64,000 bases of DNA from Octopus sinensis (Eukaryota), in contig NC_043010.1 of NCBI RefSeq assembly GCF_006345805.1, forward strand, positions 17,794,001 through 17,858,000, read 5' to 3'. Below, one piece after another: positions 63,852 through 64,000 of the stretch. Under the pieces are notes generated by a model that saw only the letters and a program-made list of their open reading frames with translations, did no database searches and was not told the DNA's origin. A program made the position numbers and the translations under genes. The stretch's first letter is position 1; every line of letters begins with the position of its first letter.

Positions 63852-64000
63852 GATATAAGACTGTGGTTTAAAGGGTTTATTTCAATAATGTAACAAAACT
63901 ACATGTTAGAATCTTTTGTTAAATTTGATTCCAATTTAAGGGTGAGAAAGTCAATTTTGTAAATTACTTCAAAAATGGGATTATTTTGAAAATAAATTGA

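Overview
Eukaryotic, AT-rich, repeat-dense DNA, most likely octopus (inferred from the SINE families and microsatellite load). Nearly the whole window is one + strand multi-exon gene that the ORF track misses. I joined 27 GT-AG exons (120..62334) with consistent phases into a stop-free frame of 3321 nt (1107 aa); the gene continues past the right edge and the start codon is uncertain. The protein carries ordered Unc-13/Munc13 MUN-region signatures but no recognisable C1 or canonical C2B domain, and has large loop insertions. The introns hold a near-full-length L1/Tx1-type LINE (22424-28222) inside an (ATT)n tract, a young CR1 fragment, R4/Dong fragments, a solo LTR, mariner remnants, several MITEs, a Helentron-like element, Penelope-like fragments and many SINEs. 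Best leads: the divergent MUN protein, a SINE whose 3' tail matches the Tx1 LINE tail, and hammerhead-ribozyme-like motifs with non-canonical cores. Family comparisons are from memory; no searches were run.
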